From Raja brachyura (Eukaryota), in contig OY740782.1 of the NCBI GenBank assembly GCA_963514005.1, positions 150,722,001 through 150,786,000 of the forward strand: DNA of 64,000 nt, given 5' to 3'. The notes under the pieces are model-generated. The model saw nothing but the letters and a program-made list of their open reading frames with translations. It was not told where the DNA came from and made no database searches. This document shows positions 47,961-61,542 of this stretch, piece after piece. The stretch's first letter is position 1. The number at the start of each line of letters is the position of its first letter. The position numbers and the translations under genes are program-made.

Positions 47961-48913
47961 TGATGCCGAACCAGGCCATGATGCAATCCATATAATTCGC
48001 GGGATTTGACAATTGAAGATAAGTACTTGACTTAATGTGCCCTGTTTGGTTTTAATCTTCATGTCATACTGGATGTCGAACGCTCATCTGAGCTCCACGA
48101 TCCACCTAGTCAAAGACAGGCAATTCATGTCTATATAGTGATGTGAAAATGCGGCTGCATCCACAGATGTCATGTAACATCTGGAACATTGATGAAACTC
48201 CATCTGAACTTAACTACCAAAGGCTTAAAGTCTCAATAGAAAGTGACACATGCCTTACCCGCCAAATTATTCCAGCCCTTTGTTTCTATTTTGAATCAAA
48301 CAACATCTACTGTTGTTTCGATAAAACGGTGAGTTTTGTTTCCTGGCACCGAGGGGCGAGAGCGATATTCACAATACGGAAGCACTGCCGTATTTCGTTC
48401 TTGGGACGGAACGAAAGGCGGTGCTTCAAATATCGCGACAATTCACCATTTACAAAATCATAAAAAACCCCAAAATTTACCTGTAGAGAGCTTGAAAAGA
48501 GTGCTGGTCAATTTATTATCATCACGAGCACATCCATATAATTCGCGAGGAACTGCTCTATCCGTAGATAAGTTACATTTTAACTCGCGAACAATCGAAG
48601 CGGCTGAGTGCACCATGTTGAGAACATTACAAGAGTATTAAAAGCACAGACACAGTCATAGAGGACAAAGGCAAAACAGTCGGCCCATTACATCCCTGTG
48701 ACAACGAGTTACCGAGCTCTAATTTCCCCATTTACGAGCACTCGATGTACCGTGATAAACAAAGAATATAGCAGCATCTCGGGAAGTCCAGGTGAGTGGA
48801 CGGCTACTTTTAATCAGAAAAGGTGATTGTCTTTTTCTTGGACAAAATATTGGGTGTCTTTATTAATCGACGATAGTTTATGAGCAATTCCAATGAAGTT
48901 TATTTTCTTTCAG

Positions 48914-49231
48914 ATCCCGTACATCATCCTACCCTCGCCATTACCATAACTGCCCTTGAGGAAATCAAGCACAGCAGAAAAGCGACCGCCGTGTGTTTGG
49001 TCAACAATTTCACCCCAGCGAAATTTACTGTGAACTGGCTGAAGGATGGCGAGCCATTGCATTCTGGCATCGTCACCTCTCCCGCCTTCCAGGTGAACGG
49101 TAACGGCAACTTCTCGGCGACCAGCCAGTTGACATTCCCAGCTGCAGAGTGGTTGAGAGGTTCGGTCTACTATACCTGCCAAGTCAACCATGAAAAAGAT
49201 TTGATAAGCCAAAACATCAGTAGGTCTCCAG
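48914..49231 (+). CDS. IGHM: Ig mu CH2 exon
   Basis: 318 nt; AVCLVNNFTP, VNWLK, YTCQVNH; TTTCAG acceptor and GTAAG donor. Confidence 0.96.
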
Positions 49232-50161
49232 GTAAGAAATACATCCGTGGTATGTCTCGGGATATTAGTGTAAACATTAGCGCTCACGGTGGTAGTACTT
49301 CACTGACATTGTGAAAGCCTATGTGTAGAATAGAAGTGCAGATGCTGGTTTGCTCTAAAAATAGAAACATAATTCCCGAGTTCGGCATGGACTTGAAGGG
49401 CCGAGATGGCCTGTTTCCGTGCTGTAATTGTTATATGGTAACAGCGGGTTAGGCATTTGCAGAGAAAAGGAATATGTGACGATTCGGGTCGAGACTCATC
49501 TTCCGACTTGGAATCAGAGGAGAGGGAAACTAGAGGTATGAGAATGTACAAACAAATGAATGAAAAGAACAAATCAAAGCCAGCAACGATGAACAAGGAA
49601 AGGTCGAGGCCACATTGGTCCGTTGTTGCTCTGGAAATGGTGATAACGAGTAGACACAAAGAGTGAAACGAAACAGGACTGCAGTGAAACTAGTCGGATG
49701 ATGAGGGTGGGGGGTGGCCGGAGAGAGATGGAATGCAAGTCCAAGAGGAGGAAGCTAGTGGAGACGGTATACGTGGGTCATCACTGGCAAGGAGGTGGAG
49801 ATCCTTATTTTTTTATTTGTACCTGTTAATACCTGTTAAAGGAGCGTGTGGACCCGAAACGGCACGTATTCATTTTCTGCAGAGATGCTGAGCCGCTGCC
49901 TGACCCGCTGAGATACAGTACTCCAGCATTGTGTGCCTATCGTGCTATAGCCCATGTTGCGATCTCTCATTTCATTTATTGTGTCGTTCACTGCACACAG
50001 ACAAAAGGCAGTTCATGACGATTTACGACCCATGTTCCCAGAATCACTACTCAGAAGGGGTCATGTACATATTAAGGTTTTGGGGGCGGATGCTTGGTGT
50101 AAACCTTCGATCCCGGTTACTCCTGCAAATGCTTATGTTCACATTAATTATTGTGCCACAG

Positions 50162-50464
50162 ATCCTAATTCCTGCCATGAACCGAAGATTACAATCCTTC
50201 CACCACCTGTTGAACAAGAGTTAATGGAGATGACCGTGACGTTAACCTGTTGGGTATCCAATGCACCTTATGGTATCACAGTATCTTGGAACCACAAGAA
50301 GGAACATTTGGAATCAGAGATCCAGCCCACAGAACATGGGGATATCGTAGAGAGCAAAGTCAACATTTCGACTCGTGACTGGCTGAGTGGGGATTATTTC
50401 GAATGCGTGGTGAGCCATGATGATCTGCCGTCTCCAAAAACTGGACGAATCAACTGGAAGAAAG
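50162..50464 (+). CDS. IGHM: Ig mu CH3 exon
   Basis: 303 nt; PNSC, LTCWV, VSW, FECVVSHDDLPSP; CACAG acceptor and GTGAG donor. Confidence 0.95.
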
Positions 50465-51008
50465 GTGAGCCGGGGTAGCTGCAGAGGAGTCCTGTGGGCC
50501 AGAGGTGACTGGTGCACTTTTCTTCTGAGATAAATCTAAATGTAATGATTGAGATCACTCAGTCGGCGAAGCAATATATGCAAAATGAAATAGTGCTAAG
50601 ACTTCACTGAGTCCTTGGTCAGAGCTGGAAAAGAGAGAATACGAGATGACTTTGCATGAATATGAGGTGGGAATTGCGTGAGACAGATGAACCAAGGTAG
50701 AACTGCATTTAGTAATAAATGACAAAAGGAGCAGGAGACAACCATGGTCATCAGAAATAACACGGACCAGAGACGGCGAATAGCTTGATCTTGTGTTGTG
50801 AGTGTGTGAAGTGATTCATACAAATCTTCTGCCGTGCACAGGAGAGACGCACGTTCAGGTGTATATGTCTGAACAAAGGGACAAGTCACAAAAGGGGAAT
50901 GCAATGCCGTTAATACTGTCGGTTGGCAGTTTACTCACGTACGAATATATTAGCTTTTAATCGCTTTAACCGTCTTGTATAATAAACGCCATTTGAATTG
51001 TCCCGTAG

Positions 51009-51400
51009 CTCAACATCTGCTGGCACCGTCCGTCTCAGTCCTTCTGCCGCCGACAGAAGAGATCTCCGCTCACAAGACTATCACCCTCACCTGCTTTGTG
51101 AGAGGATTCTCCCCTCGCAGGGTCTTCGTCACATGGACAGTTGATGACAAGCGGGTGCATTGGAGCAAGTACAGAAACACCGAGGTGGAGGCGGAGAACG
51201 GCAATGACACCTTCTTCACCTACAGCCTGTTATCCGTTGGGGCAGAGCAGTGGGCTAGCGGAGCCTCCTTCTCCTGTCTGGTGGGGCACGAAGCACTCCC
51301 CATGAAGACCATCGTCAGAACGGTCAATAAGTCCAGCGGTAAACCCAGTTTTGTCAACGTTTCCCTTGTATTGATGGACACTGTCAATTCCTGTCAATGA
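51009..51400 (+). CDS. IGHM: Ig mu CH4 exon with secretory tailpiece
   Basis: [22 protein letters not shown]; tail [20 protein letters not shown] with an NVS glycan site and penultimate Cys. Internal donor G|GTAAAC at 51338/51339 for the membrane form. Confidence 0.97.
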
Positions 51401-51427
51401 GAATGAATTCCTTGCAAATTTCTCTGA

Positions 51428-51443
51428 AATAAATACTAATAAA
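51428..51443 (+). terminator. Tandem AATAAA poly(A) signals for secreted mu mRNA
   Basis: AATAAA at 51428 and 51438, ~30 nt after the stop codon. Confidence 0.7.
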
Positions 51444-51799
51444 TATCTTTAACCTCCAATCTTGAGCTGGACACATGGCCACCCAATTAATTATATAAAA
51501 CATTCTGCCAAAATGATGACTATATATTAACGTTGATACTTGAAAATCTTGGCCACAATTCACGGAAAACGGATGCAGACTGCACACACAGTAACAACGG
51601 GGTTTTGGAGATAAGTCACAACTGCACCACTGCACGCATCGCGGACACACTTCAACATTATTGCTCTTGCTGGGCAGATATGGGTCCATGCCTTTGGATC
51701 TCCGTGTCCCTCCTTCTCCTGTTTCCAATCCATTCAGACCCGAGGCAGGATCTCAAACGATTACATCGTGCCATGCACTCAATATATATGAACACTATT

Positions 51800-52001
51800 N
51801 NNNNNNNNNNNNNNNNNNNNNNNNNNNNNNNNNNNNNNNNNNNNNNNNNNNNNNNNNNNNNNNNNNNNNNNNNNNNNNNNNNNNNNNNNNNNNNNNNNNN
51901 NNNNNNNNNNNNNNNNNNNNNNNNNNNNNNNNNNNNNNNNNNNNNNNNNNNNNNNNNNNNNNNNNNNNNNNNNNNNNNNNNNNNNNNNNNNNNNNNNNNN
52001 N
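51800..52001. other. Assembly gap (N run) followed by a CA/CT microsatellite
   Basis: 202 Ns. Confidence 0.99.
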
Positions 52002-54088
52002 TCTCCCTCTCTCTCACACACACTCCCTCTCACACACACACTCTCACACGCACACATACACTCACACACTCCCCCTCTCACACACACACTCACACACACA
52101 CTCACACACACACACAATCTCTCTCACACACATACTCACTCTCTCTCTCACACACACACACGAACGCGCCCAAAAAGAAGGAATGAGAGAGGAACATCCA
52201 TATATTAATGATAAGAGAATGTAACATGATGCACATGATGCAGAATGGCTTCAGGAGCGTCGAGCAGAAACAGCCTGTATCAATTCAATGAAAGTAACGT
52301 AATTCTAAGTACAACTAAGTGGAACCTAAAGAACAAGAATAAAGTGTCACCATTATAGATTGTTCCTATGAAGAAGTGGGCCATTTAACTCCGGGTCGGG
52401 AATGCTGTGGCGTTCAGTTATTAAACGGTCATCACAATGTGTGCAGGCGAATGGTGGGATAACCGCTCTGAGTGACTCGTGAGAACACAAACATAGAGCC
52501 AAATATCAGATGCGGCGAGACATTGAATAACACGCCGGCTGGAGCATTAGACAAGGCCACATCCGTTTCCAGCTCTCCCCCAGATGTTCACGAAGCATAC
52601 TCACCACAAAACATCAGCAAGCGCACAAAAATAAAATCATTTATGGGGTCGCATAGAAACATACATAAAACGCAATTAACGACATGTTTACCCCATAGCA
52701 CATGGACATCCACCTAAACAGACCAGCAATCAAACGTTCTTTGAAATGCAAAATAATAGAAAATAGGCGCAGGAGGAGGGCATTCGGCCCTTCGAGCCAG
52801 CACCGCCATTCATTGTGATCATGGCTGATTGTCCCCAATCAATAACCCGTGCCTGCGTTCTCCCCATATACCTTGACTCCACTAGTCCCTAGAGCTCTAT
52901 CTAACTCTCTCTTAAATCCATCCAGTGACTTGCCTCCACTGCCCTCTGGCAGGGAATTCCACAAATTCACAACTCTCTGGGTGAAAAAGTTTTTTCTCAC
53001 CTCAGTCTTAAATAACCTCCCCTTCATTGGAAGACTGTGGCCCCTGGTTCGCTAAAAGTGCATATTTGCACAAAAACGGTTAGCTAAAAGCACATATTTG
53101 CACAAAAAAACCCAACATTAATACAACACAAATGCATTTAGGCTCTCACTTTAATACCAATGGACTTTCAAAGCAGATTTCCTGTGACAATACACGCTAG
53201 TAGATATATTGGCTCATATTATATTTTTCTTCTTCATAAATGCTGAGTGATGTTGAAATAGATTTTCCACAGCAACGCACGCAGTATATGTGCTCGCACA
53301 CACACACACAGACACGCGCATACACGCACACATACACACACACACACACACACACTCACACACACACGACCATGAACCAATACGAAAAGGATGTTAGAAT
53401 TTGGCAAACTTCTACTTAAAGATGCAAATCTACCTAGTTACAGGCAAAAGGAAGGGCCATTCAGATCATTTAACCAGTAGTTTTCCACGCGTTCCTAAAA
53501 ACTAAGTGTAACCGTAGATCATTCATGCTCCATGTTTTACACTAGAAAGACAATGCCTATAAAATGGTTCAAAGTTATTTTTGTGTACACAAGCCTTCCT
53601 CCATCCCCTAACCGAAAACAGGATACATCAGACAACATGGTTCTAATGAGGGAATGATGGCAAATTATTGGGAGCCAATGTTTGCATTCAGTGAGTTCCT
53701 TCGCCGATCTCCGGTCACCATCTCCAAATAAAGGGTTATCTGATAACATTGTAAGCAATAACCAGCTTCAAGTTTTATACCATCCCAGTTAGTAAATTAT
53801 ATTAATGGGAAGTGGACGTTTCTAGAATGGACAATTAATCCCAGAAATGTACATACACATTGCTTTCTCCAAAACTATTCATAAACGGTTGGTTATTAGC
53901 AGCTGTGTCTACAAGTGGCCTTGATTTTGGATACAATTGTTGAGGATGATCACCTCAACGTAAAAACAGCTCATAGGAAATTAATATCCCTAATATTAAT
54001 GTTCGTATTATTTTGGTAAATAATAAATAAAATTCAATGTTGTATATTAGAATATATTGTGAACGTCTTCGCGTTCTGCTTTGCGTAG

Positions 54089-54216
54089 ATTACGCCGACA
54101 ACGTTCGTCTTGAGGACTATGAGGAAGACAGAGACAATATCTGGACAACCGCTTCCACATTCATTATCCTGTTCTTCCTGAGCATTTCCTACGGTGCTGC
54201 CGTAACTCTGGTGAAG
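54089..54216 (+). CDS. IGHM: Ig mu TM1 exon
   Basis: DYADNVRLEDYEEDRDNIWTTASTFIILFFLSISYGAAVTLVK (CART motif); donor AAG|GCGAGT. Confidence 0.95.
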
Positions 54217-54350
54217 GCGAGTTCATTCCACTTACTTTTCCACCTGATTGAAGAGCACGGCAAAATATCGATTCTCGTACTCTTTGGATGTCCTGGCATC
54301 TAAGTCACAGACTGCTAATACACTTTCATATTCTCTCCTTCTCTTTACAG

Positions 54351-54359
54351 GTCAAGTGA
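54351..54359 (+). CDS. IGHM: Ig mu TM2 exon (VK*)
   Basis: Strong polypyrimidine tract, then TTACAG|GTCAAGTGA, giving the KVK cytoplasmic tail. Confidence 0.92.
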   Translation, partial: VK

Positions 54360-55282
54360 CGATTGAATGATGAAAACCGTGTATTTTTCTGACCGGACTA
54401 TGGACGTCGTTGTAACCAAGGGAAATGTTCAAATCTGAAACGGACAATATCATAAGCAATAGTCCATTCTGTCTATCTGACTTGTTTGATATTGCCTAGT
54501 TGCCTTTAGTATAGCGTTAATGTATCAAACTATTTTAATCGGCATTTGAATATCATGTGAAAAGAAGTCAATTTTCTCAAACGGTAAACGTTTCTTTATT
54601 TATTTTGATCTTTTTTCTATACATTCTCTTTTTCTTTAGCATGGGCCATATTTGTGTCCTTCTGGTGTTGAATGCCGTTGTATAGGAAGTCGGGAACGCT
54701 GTTTGTGTGAGATCGTCAACTTCATGTTAAATTCAGACTCACTATCTATGACTGTCATTATTCTAACAACTTCTACCGGGTCTCCCTTCAACCTCCGACG
54801 CGCCGAAGAAAACAATCCGTGTTTGCCAACCTCTTCTTATAGCTAATGATTCTAACCCCTGCAGCATTCTAGTAAACCTCTTCTGCATCTTCTCCAAAGC
54901 CTCCACATTATTCCTTCAAAGGGACGACCTGACCTCCACACTATACTCCAAGTGCGGCCAAACCGAAAGCCTGTAAATAAAATGTAATGTAAATACATGT
55001 GTAAATACATACCCAACAACCCAACGGGTGCGCACATTCCGCGTATGAGCAAATCTCTATTTACTCCTTTTCTGCTCAATTGTCCTTTCCTTAATTCAGA
55101 GCTGACCTTTGACTCTCGAGCTACATGTTCAATGTACCTGGTCTCAGCGTGGAATTCAGTTGTTTTGACCACTTCGTGTTATGCTGTTAAAAACGTCTCC
55201 GTAATATGTTTCTGTTAAATCACAAATAAAAGCGGAACCACAAAAGCCTGAGCTGGTTTGCCTTGTTCGTTTCTCGAAGGAA

Positions 55283-55750
55283 CCCTGGGATGGCGGGATT
55301 GTCATATGAGGAAAGATTGAAAAGACTTGGCTTGTATTCACTGGTTTAGAAGGATAAGGGGGGATCTTATAGAAACATATAACATTATAAAAGGACTGGA
55401 CAAGCTAGATTCGGGAAAAATGTTCCCAATGTTGGGCGAGTCCAGAACCAGGGGCCACAGTCTTAGAATAAAGGGGAGGTCATTTAAGACTGAGGTGAGA
55501 AAAAACTTTTGAACCCAGAGAGTTGTGAATTTATGTAATTCCCTGCCACAGAGGGAAGTGGAGGCCAAATCACTGGATGGATTTAAGAGAGAGTTGGATA
55601 GAGCTCTCGGGGCTAGTGGAGTCGAGGGATATGGGGAGAAGGCAGGCACAGGTTATTGATAGCGGATGATCAGCCATGATCACATTGAATGGTGGTGCTG
55701 GCTTGAAGGGCCGAATGGCCTCCTCCTGCACCTATTTTCTATGTTTCTAT
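55283..55750 (+). mobile_element. CR1 3' end
   Basis: RGDLIETY, GESRTRGHSL, CR1 tail. Confidence 0.88.
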
Positions 55751-56199
55751 GAACCACCACCTTACGATAAATGTGCTCTCGTATTTCTTTGTGTTCCACC
55801 ATTTCCCTAAATATATTTTCCCTCAGATCATAACTGGCTAGTAGAACAGGAGTGACTTTGATTATGCGACCATTGCGCGCTCGGGTGCCCGATGACGTTA
55901 AGGTCAAATATATTTGAATGCATTTTATGCCAAAGTTCCAGGAGGAGAACAACCACATAGGCTCATTTTGCAACCTCCCCTGATACAGTAGCTATCTTCG
56001 ACAAATAGGTCGTCGTGACGAACTGTTTGCTCCACCAAGCTCTAAGCAATATCACAATACCTTCTTATATTACTGTCGAATATTCCAAAAAATGTTTCAA
56101 AGCAACGAGAGTGCACTTGATACAGCCGCACCGGCAGAGAGATCAGCAAAGTACCTGGGTATGATTCTGGGTATGGAGTCTAGAACGCGCAAGCATAAT

Positions 56200-58548
56200 A
56201 CTAAAGAGGAAGACTTATCAATTATTTCATTGGATGCAGAAAAAGCATTTGACCAGGTGGGATAATCTCTTCAAAGTATTGCAAAAAATTCAAATGGGAG
56301 AGAATTTTATCTTATGGGTAAAATTATTATGTGACAAGATGACTGCTAGAATACTGACTAACAATATATTCTCTTTGAAAATTCAACTATCCTGGGGCAA
56401 TAGACAGGGATGTGCACTATCACCCCTGCTATTTGCTCTTGTGATAGAACCCTTAGCAGAAAGTATAAGAATGCATCCGAACATCCATGGTTATAATACA
56501 AAACATACAAATAATAAAATATCACTATATGCAGACGACGTATTGTTATATATTATAAAATCGCAAACCAGCATACCAAATATATTAAAATTAATGGAGG
56601 AATTTGGATCCTTTTCAGGATATAGAATAAATTGGAATAACTGAAATTATGATGATAAAACCTCAAGAACCGACACACCTTTTAAAATTCCCCTTTAGAA
56701 TTGCTACAGAAAAATGTAAATATCTGGGTATTCAAATTACCAGAAAATATAAATATTTATTCAATGCAAACTACATGCCCTTACTTACTAAATTAAATGT
56801 TCTGATTAAATTTTGGAAAACACTACCGATGTCTTTAATAAGCAGAATAAATGCCATAAAAATGATTTTTCTGCCACAAATCTTATATTTATTTCAATCA
56901 ATACCAATATATTTACCTACATTTTTTTTGTAAAAAGTTGACTCTGATATCACAAATTTCATATGGGACTATAAGTCCCATAGAATTCAAAGCAGACACT
57001 TGTGTAAACCCAAGGAATTTGGCGGACTGACACTACCCAACTTTCTGTACTATCACTGGGCAACGAATGCTAAAAATATAATTTACTTGTTGGACAATTC
57101 TGCCCAACAGGTAGATTGGATAGCAATGGAGAGAGAGGACTGCTCTCCGTTTAATATAGGAGCGATCCTTCTCTCACCGATAAAACTGAATAATACAATA
57201 TACAAGAAAAATCCAATTATTCATCGTACAATACGAACGTGGAAACAAATAAAATTAACTTTCAAATTAAGAAATCTATCGCGTCTCTCTCCTATTGTTA
57301 ATAATCCCTCGTTTAAACCATCTATTATTGATAAAACATTTACACACTGGGAAAGAATAGGAATTAAAACCTTTGGAGAAATGTATGAAATGGGAAATCT
57401 TTTATCATTCCAACAACTACAACTTAAATATAACCTGAAAAGTAACCAGTACTTTAAATATCTTCAAATCCGTGACTACTTGAAAAAACATACAAAAGAA
57501 CATAAAACTTTGACTTCAGATATACTAGATGAAGCTATGAACAGAAAGGCGGATTCTACTAATTTAATATCAAATTTGTATAATATCATTTTAAACATAG
57601 AGATACCACCGTCTGATGCAATCAGAAGCGATTGGGAACAAGAATTATCTATAAATATCTCGAAAGACAGATGGGATAAATATTTTCTATATGTACATAA
57701 ATGCTCGATAAACGTAAGACATACCTTAATTCAATGTAACATTTTACATAGATTATATTACTCAAAAACTAAATGGAATAAAATATTTCCAACTGTCTCA
57801 CCCATCTGTGATAAATGCTTATCTCAAGATGCAACTACAGCACACTCTTTTGTCTTTTGCATAAAACTTCAGAAGTTTTGGAATGAAATTTTCGAAATTT
57901 TTACAAAAGTATTTAAAACAGAAATGAACCCCAATGCAGAATTGATTATCTTTGGAACAATGGAGACCGGCTCTGAGCTGACTTCGTTCCAAGAGAGTTT
58001 CCTTAATTATGGCTTAATAACGGCAAAAAAACTTATATTAAAATTCTGGAAAAATGCACCAACACCAACGCTTAAAATGTGGATTTCAAACATGTCTGAA
58101 TTGTTACACCTGGAAGATATGAGATTGGTCCCAGCAGGCAAATCAGACCAATTCTTAAAGATTTGGTCTCCCTTTATCGATTTATTACAAGCATATGGTG
58201 CAACATAATCCTGAAAATAAACTGTTTCAGAACTGGGTGAGGGGTGCGCAAAGATACGAAGTAGGTATATCCCTTCCAGTTTATTTTCCTTTCATTATCT
58301 TTTCTGTTTTACTTTCCTGTTATTTTTTTTAATTTTATTTTATTTTTTATATCTCTCCTCCTTTCTCTCTTTATCTTGTACTTTTCACGAACGATCACTT
58401 TCACCACTTTACCTAACTTTCTTTTTCTCTCTTTTTGCTTATATTACTTTTTTATTATTAAATTCAAAAACAAGAAGTTGTATCTGAAATGTATCATATT
58501 ATTCTTAATGTACCCTATTGTATATGACTTCTAATAAAAATATTATAA
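56200..58548 (+). mobile_element. L1/Tx1-clade LINE 3' half (RT, CCHC region, 3'UTR)
   Basis: SLDAEKAFD, RQGCALSPLLF, LYADD, KYLG, FGGL.LP, C.KC....H....C; AATAAA at the end. Confidence 0.92.
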
Positions 58549-58717
58549 AGGAGACATTGGTTGGGCCTTTGGCGGCGGGTGAGTGAGATAGTATCGGCCC
58601 CCAAAATAAGAATAGGCCACACGGAGCCACAAAGCCACTCATCCCACTAGTTGGGTTTCCTGGACTACTCTCGGCTGATTCCATTCAGCGCACTATCAGG
58701 GTAACCACGACTAAAGT

Positions 58718-59635
58718 CTTGAGTATAGGAGCAGGGAGGTTCTATTGTAGTTGTGCAGGGCCTTGGTGAGACCACACCTGGAGTATTGCGTACAGTTTTG
58801 GTCTCCTAATCTGAGGAAAGACATTCTTGCCATAGAGGGAGTACAGAGAAGGTTCACCAGACTGATTCCTGGGATGGCAGGACTTTCATATGAGGAAAGA
58901 CTGGATAGACTAGGCTTGTACTCGCTGGAATTTAGAAGATTGAGGGGGGATCTTATAGAAACTTTAAAAATTCTTAAGGGGTTGTACAGGCTAGATGCTG
59001 GCAGATTGTTCCCGATGTTGGGGAAGTCCAGGACAAGGGGTCACAGTTTATGGATAAGGGAGAAGTCTTTTTGGACCAACATGAGAAAAACATTTTTCAC
59101 ACAGAGAGTGGTGAATCTGTGGAATTCTCTGTCACAGAAGGTAGTTGAGGCCAGTTCATTGGTTATATTTAAGAGGGAGTTAAATTTGGCCCTTGTGGCT
59201 ACAGGGGGTATGGAGAGAAGGCAGGAACAGGATACCGAGTTGGATGATCAGCCATGATCATAGACATAGACATAGAAAACATAGAAAATAGGTGCAGGAG
59301 TAGGCCATTCGGCCCTTCGAGCCTGCACCGCCATTCAATGTGATCATGGCTGATCATCCAACTCAGTATCCCGTACCTGCCTTCTCTCCATACCCCCTGA
59401 TCCCTTTAGCCACAAGTGCCACATCTAACGCCCTCTTCAACATTGCCAATGAACTGGCCTCAACTACCTTCTGTGGCAGAGAATTCCAGAGACACACCAC
59501 TCTCTGTGTAAAGAATGTTTTCCTCATTTTGGTCCTAAAGGAATTCCCCCTTATCCTTAGACTGTGACCCCTTGTTCTGGACTCCCCCAACATCGGGAAC
59601 AATCTTCCAGCATCTAGCTTGTCCAACCCCTTAAT
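58718..59635. mobile_element. Tail-to-tail pair of CR1 3' ends (plus 58718-59260; minus 59262-59635)
   Basis: Same CR1 C-terminal peptide on opposite strands. Confidence 0.88.
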
Positions 59636-60231
59636 CATATTTATTTATTTATTTATTTATTTGTTCCGAACAAGTAAAGACATAAATAGGAATAAATAAC
59701 AACAACAAATAGAAATAGTCAACAATTGGACATTCCAGGCAATATTTGCAAAGCAATGAAAAGCATAAAGCAAAATTTAAATGTCCAACACTTTTTCTTT
59801 ACAAGCTCGAAAAGGCGTGAGAAGAAGAATAACTTATTTAATCTCACCCCTTCTCCCCAAACCCTTCTTCCATGTTTAATAATTAATTAATTAATTAATT
59901 ATTATTATCACCATTATTAATAACATTGCTTATAATAATAATAATAATGCTAATGTATCAATAGTAATGTAATATGTAACACAATATACAATACATAATC
60001 TACAATAGCTAATTATTCATTTGAGCTACAATGTAACCGTAGACGTACCCCAGACAATGTTTAGAGATGCATACGGACATATATATACATACAACTGATA
60101 AACACATACAAGTAATATGTATGAAGAAACCAAAAAACATAAATAAATAATAAATAAAATAAATAAATAAACATTAACCCCTGTTTGTCAACCATCCCCT
60201 TCATCCCTGTACCTTGTGAAAACCACCTTAA

Positions 60232-61542
60232 TCCACATTCACTATGACTTTGCCCATAACTTGGATAAGGTTGTGACTAGGTTTGCGCAGTTACATTCTT
60301 GGAAAATGGAACTGGAAAACATGAATTCTGGCTAAATGGCAATATATGCAGGCGTGCCACACGTGTCCGTCACCTGCATCACTACCCAGGACTTCCATGA
60401 GCAATGACAGACTGTCTGCACTCGCCTTAATGTACATTCACTATGCCTTTGCCCATGACTTGGGCAAAGTGGTGACGAGGTTTGCACAGTTACATTCTCG
60501 GAAAATGGAACTGGAAAATGTGATTTATGGCTATATGGCAATATATGCTGGTCTGCCAAGAGTGTTGTCAAAGTCTGTGAGAGGAATCCTGAACTGTCTT
60601 CTAATCCCCTCACACTTTGGGAGCCCAAACAGGGCACTGCAAGAAGAGGTAGAAGTCGGCCTATCTACACCAGTGTACTAGCTGCGGAATGACACAGGCC
60701 TTGGACAGTGTTAACGAACTGAGGACTGCGATTAAAGATAAAGTCACACTTCGGGAGACCAAACATGGCACTGCATGAAGAGGTAGAAGTAGGGCCACCT
60801 ACATCAGTGTACTGCGGAACGACACATGCTTTGACAGCATTAACAAACTGAGGACTGCCATGCTGGATAAACTGGTCTGAGGTGCTATATTCGTGGAACC
60901 AAGAATGGCATATAGGCTAAGGCCAACGAATGCCTTTGCATTAGTAGTAGGGGTAAATGGCAATATACATCCAGGAGCACCTGAATGATTATGCAGCATC
61001 ATGCCAGCATGTGTGATTGTTTGGTAAACTATATGATGAATTGTGAAATGTATGTATATTTTTATGTTATGGAATCAAAATCAAGAATTATAAATTCACA
61101 TTTCAAAAATGGTTTCACAATTCAGTAGTACTGATTTTCAGTATTCCATAATAATATTTGAGAATACATGAGGTTGCATGTAAACCACTGATTTTTCAAA
61201 AATCTAGTTTCTGTGTAGTACGTTCCATTGCATTTAAGTGAGAAATACCGATTTCCCCAACAAAATGCTGATTTACAGCCATCAAAATACGGAAATGCTC
61301 GGTGAAACTTGGCAGCTCTGCAATTATTAATCTTGACTCCGCCACATTATTTCTGAAATATTGGTCATAAATTTGGTGCAAAAACGCTCCAAAATAAGGC
61401 TCAGAGGGCAGCAGAGATCATCTAAAACCCCGGCCGCGAGGGGCTTCACGCTCGTGATGTGCGCTGTACGCACATTACTTCACATAAATGTTTTATAATC
61501 CTGTCATGCCACCCCCCTTTTTGAAAAGCTTCGTACGGGCCT
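60232..61542 (+). mobile_element. hAT transposon 3' portion with a dimerisation-domain remnant (partly duplicated in tandem)
   Basis: RTSMSNDRLSALALMYIH...DLGKVVTRFA...RKMEL. The 3' end is near-identical to 36481-36981. Confidence 0.75.

Noticed and set aside
40858-51400. IgW or IgNAR identity
   Set aside because: Four CH domains, a mu-type secretory tail, a CH1 with a light-chain Cys and an IgM-type leader all indicate IgM.
51533-52224. ORFs spanning the N run
   Set aside because: Artefacts of the assembly gap and microsatellite.
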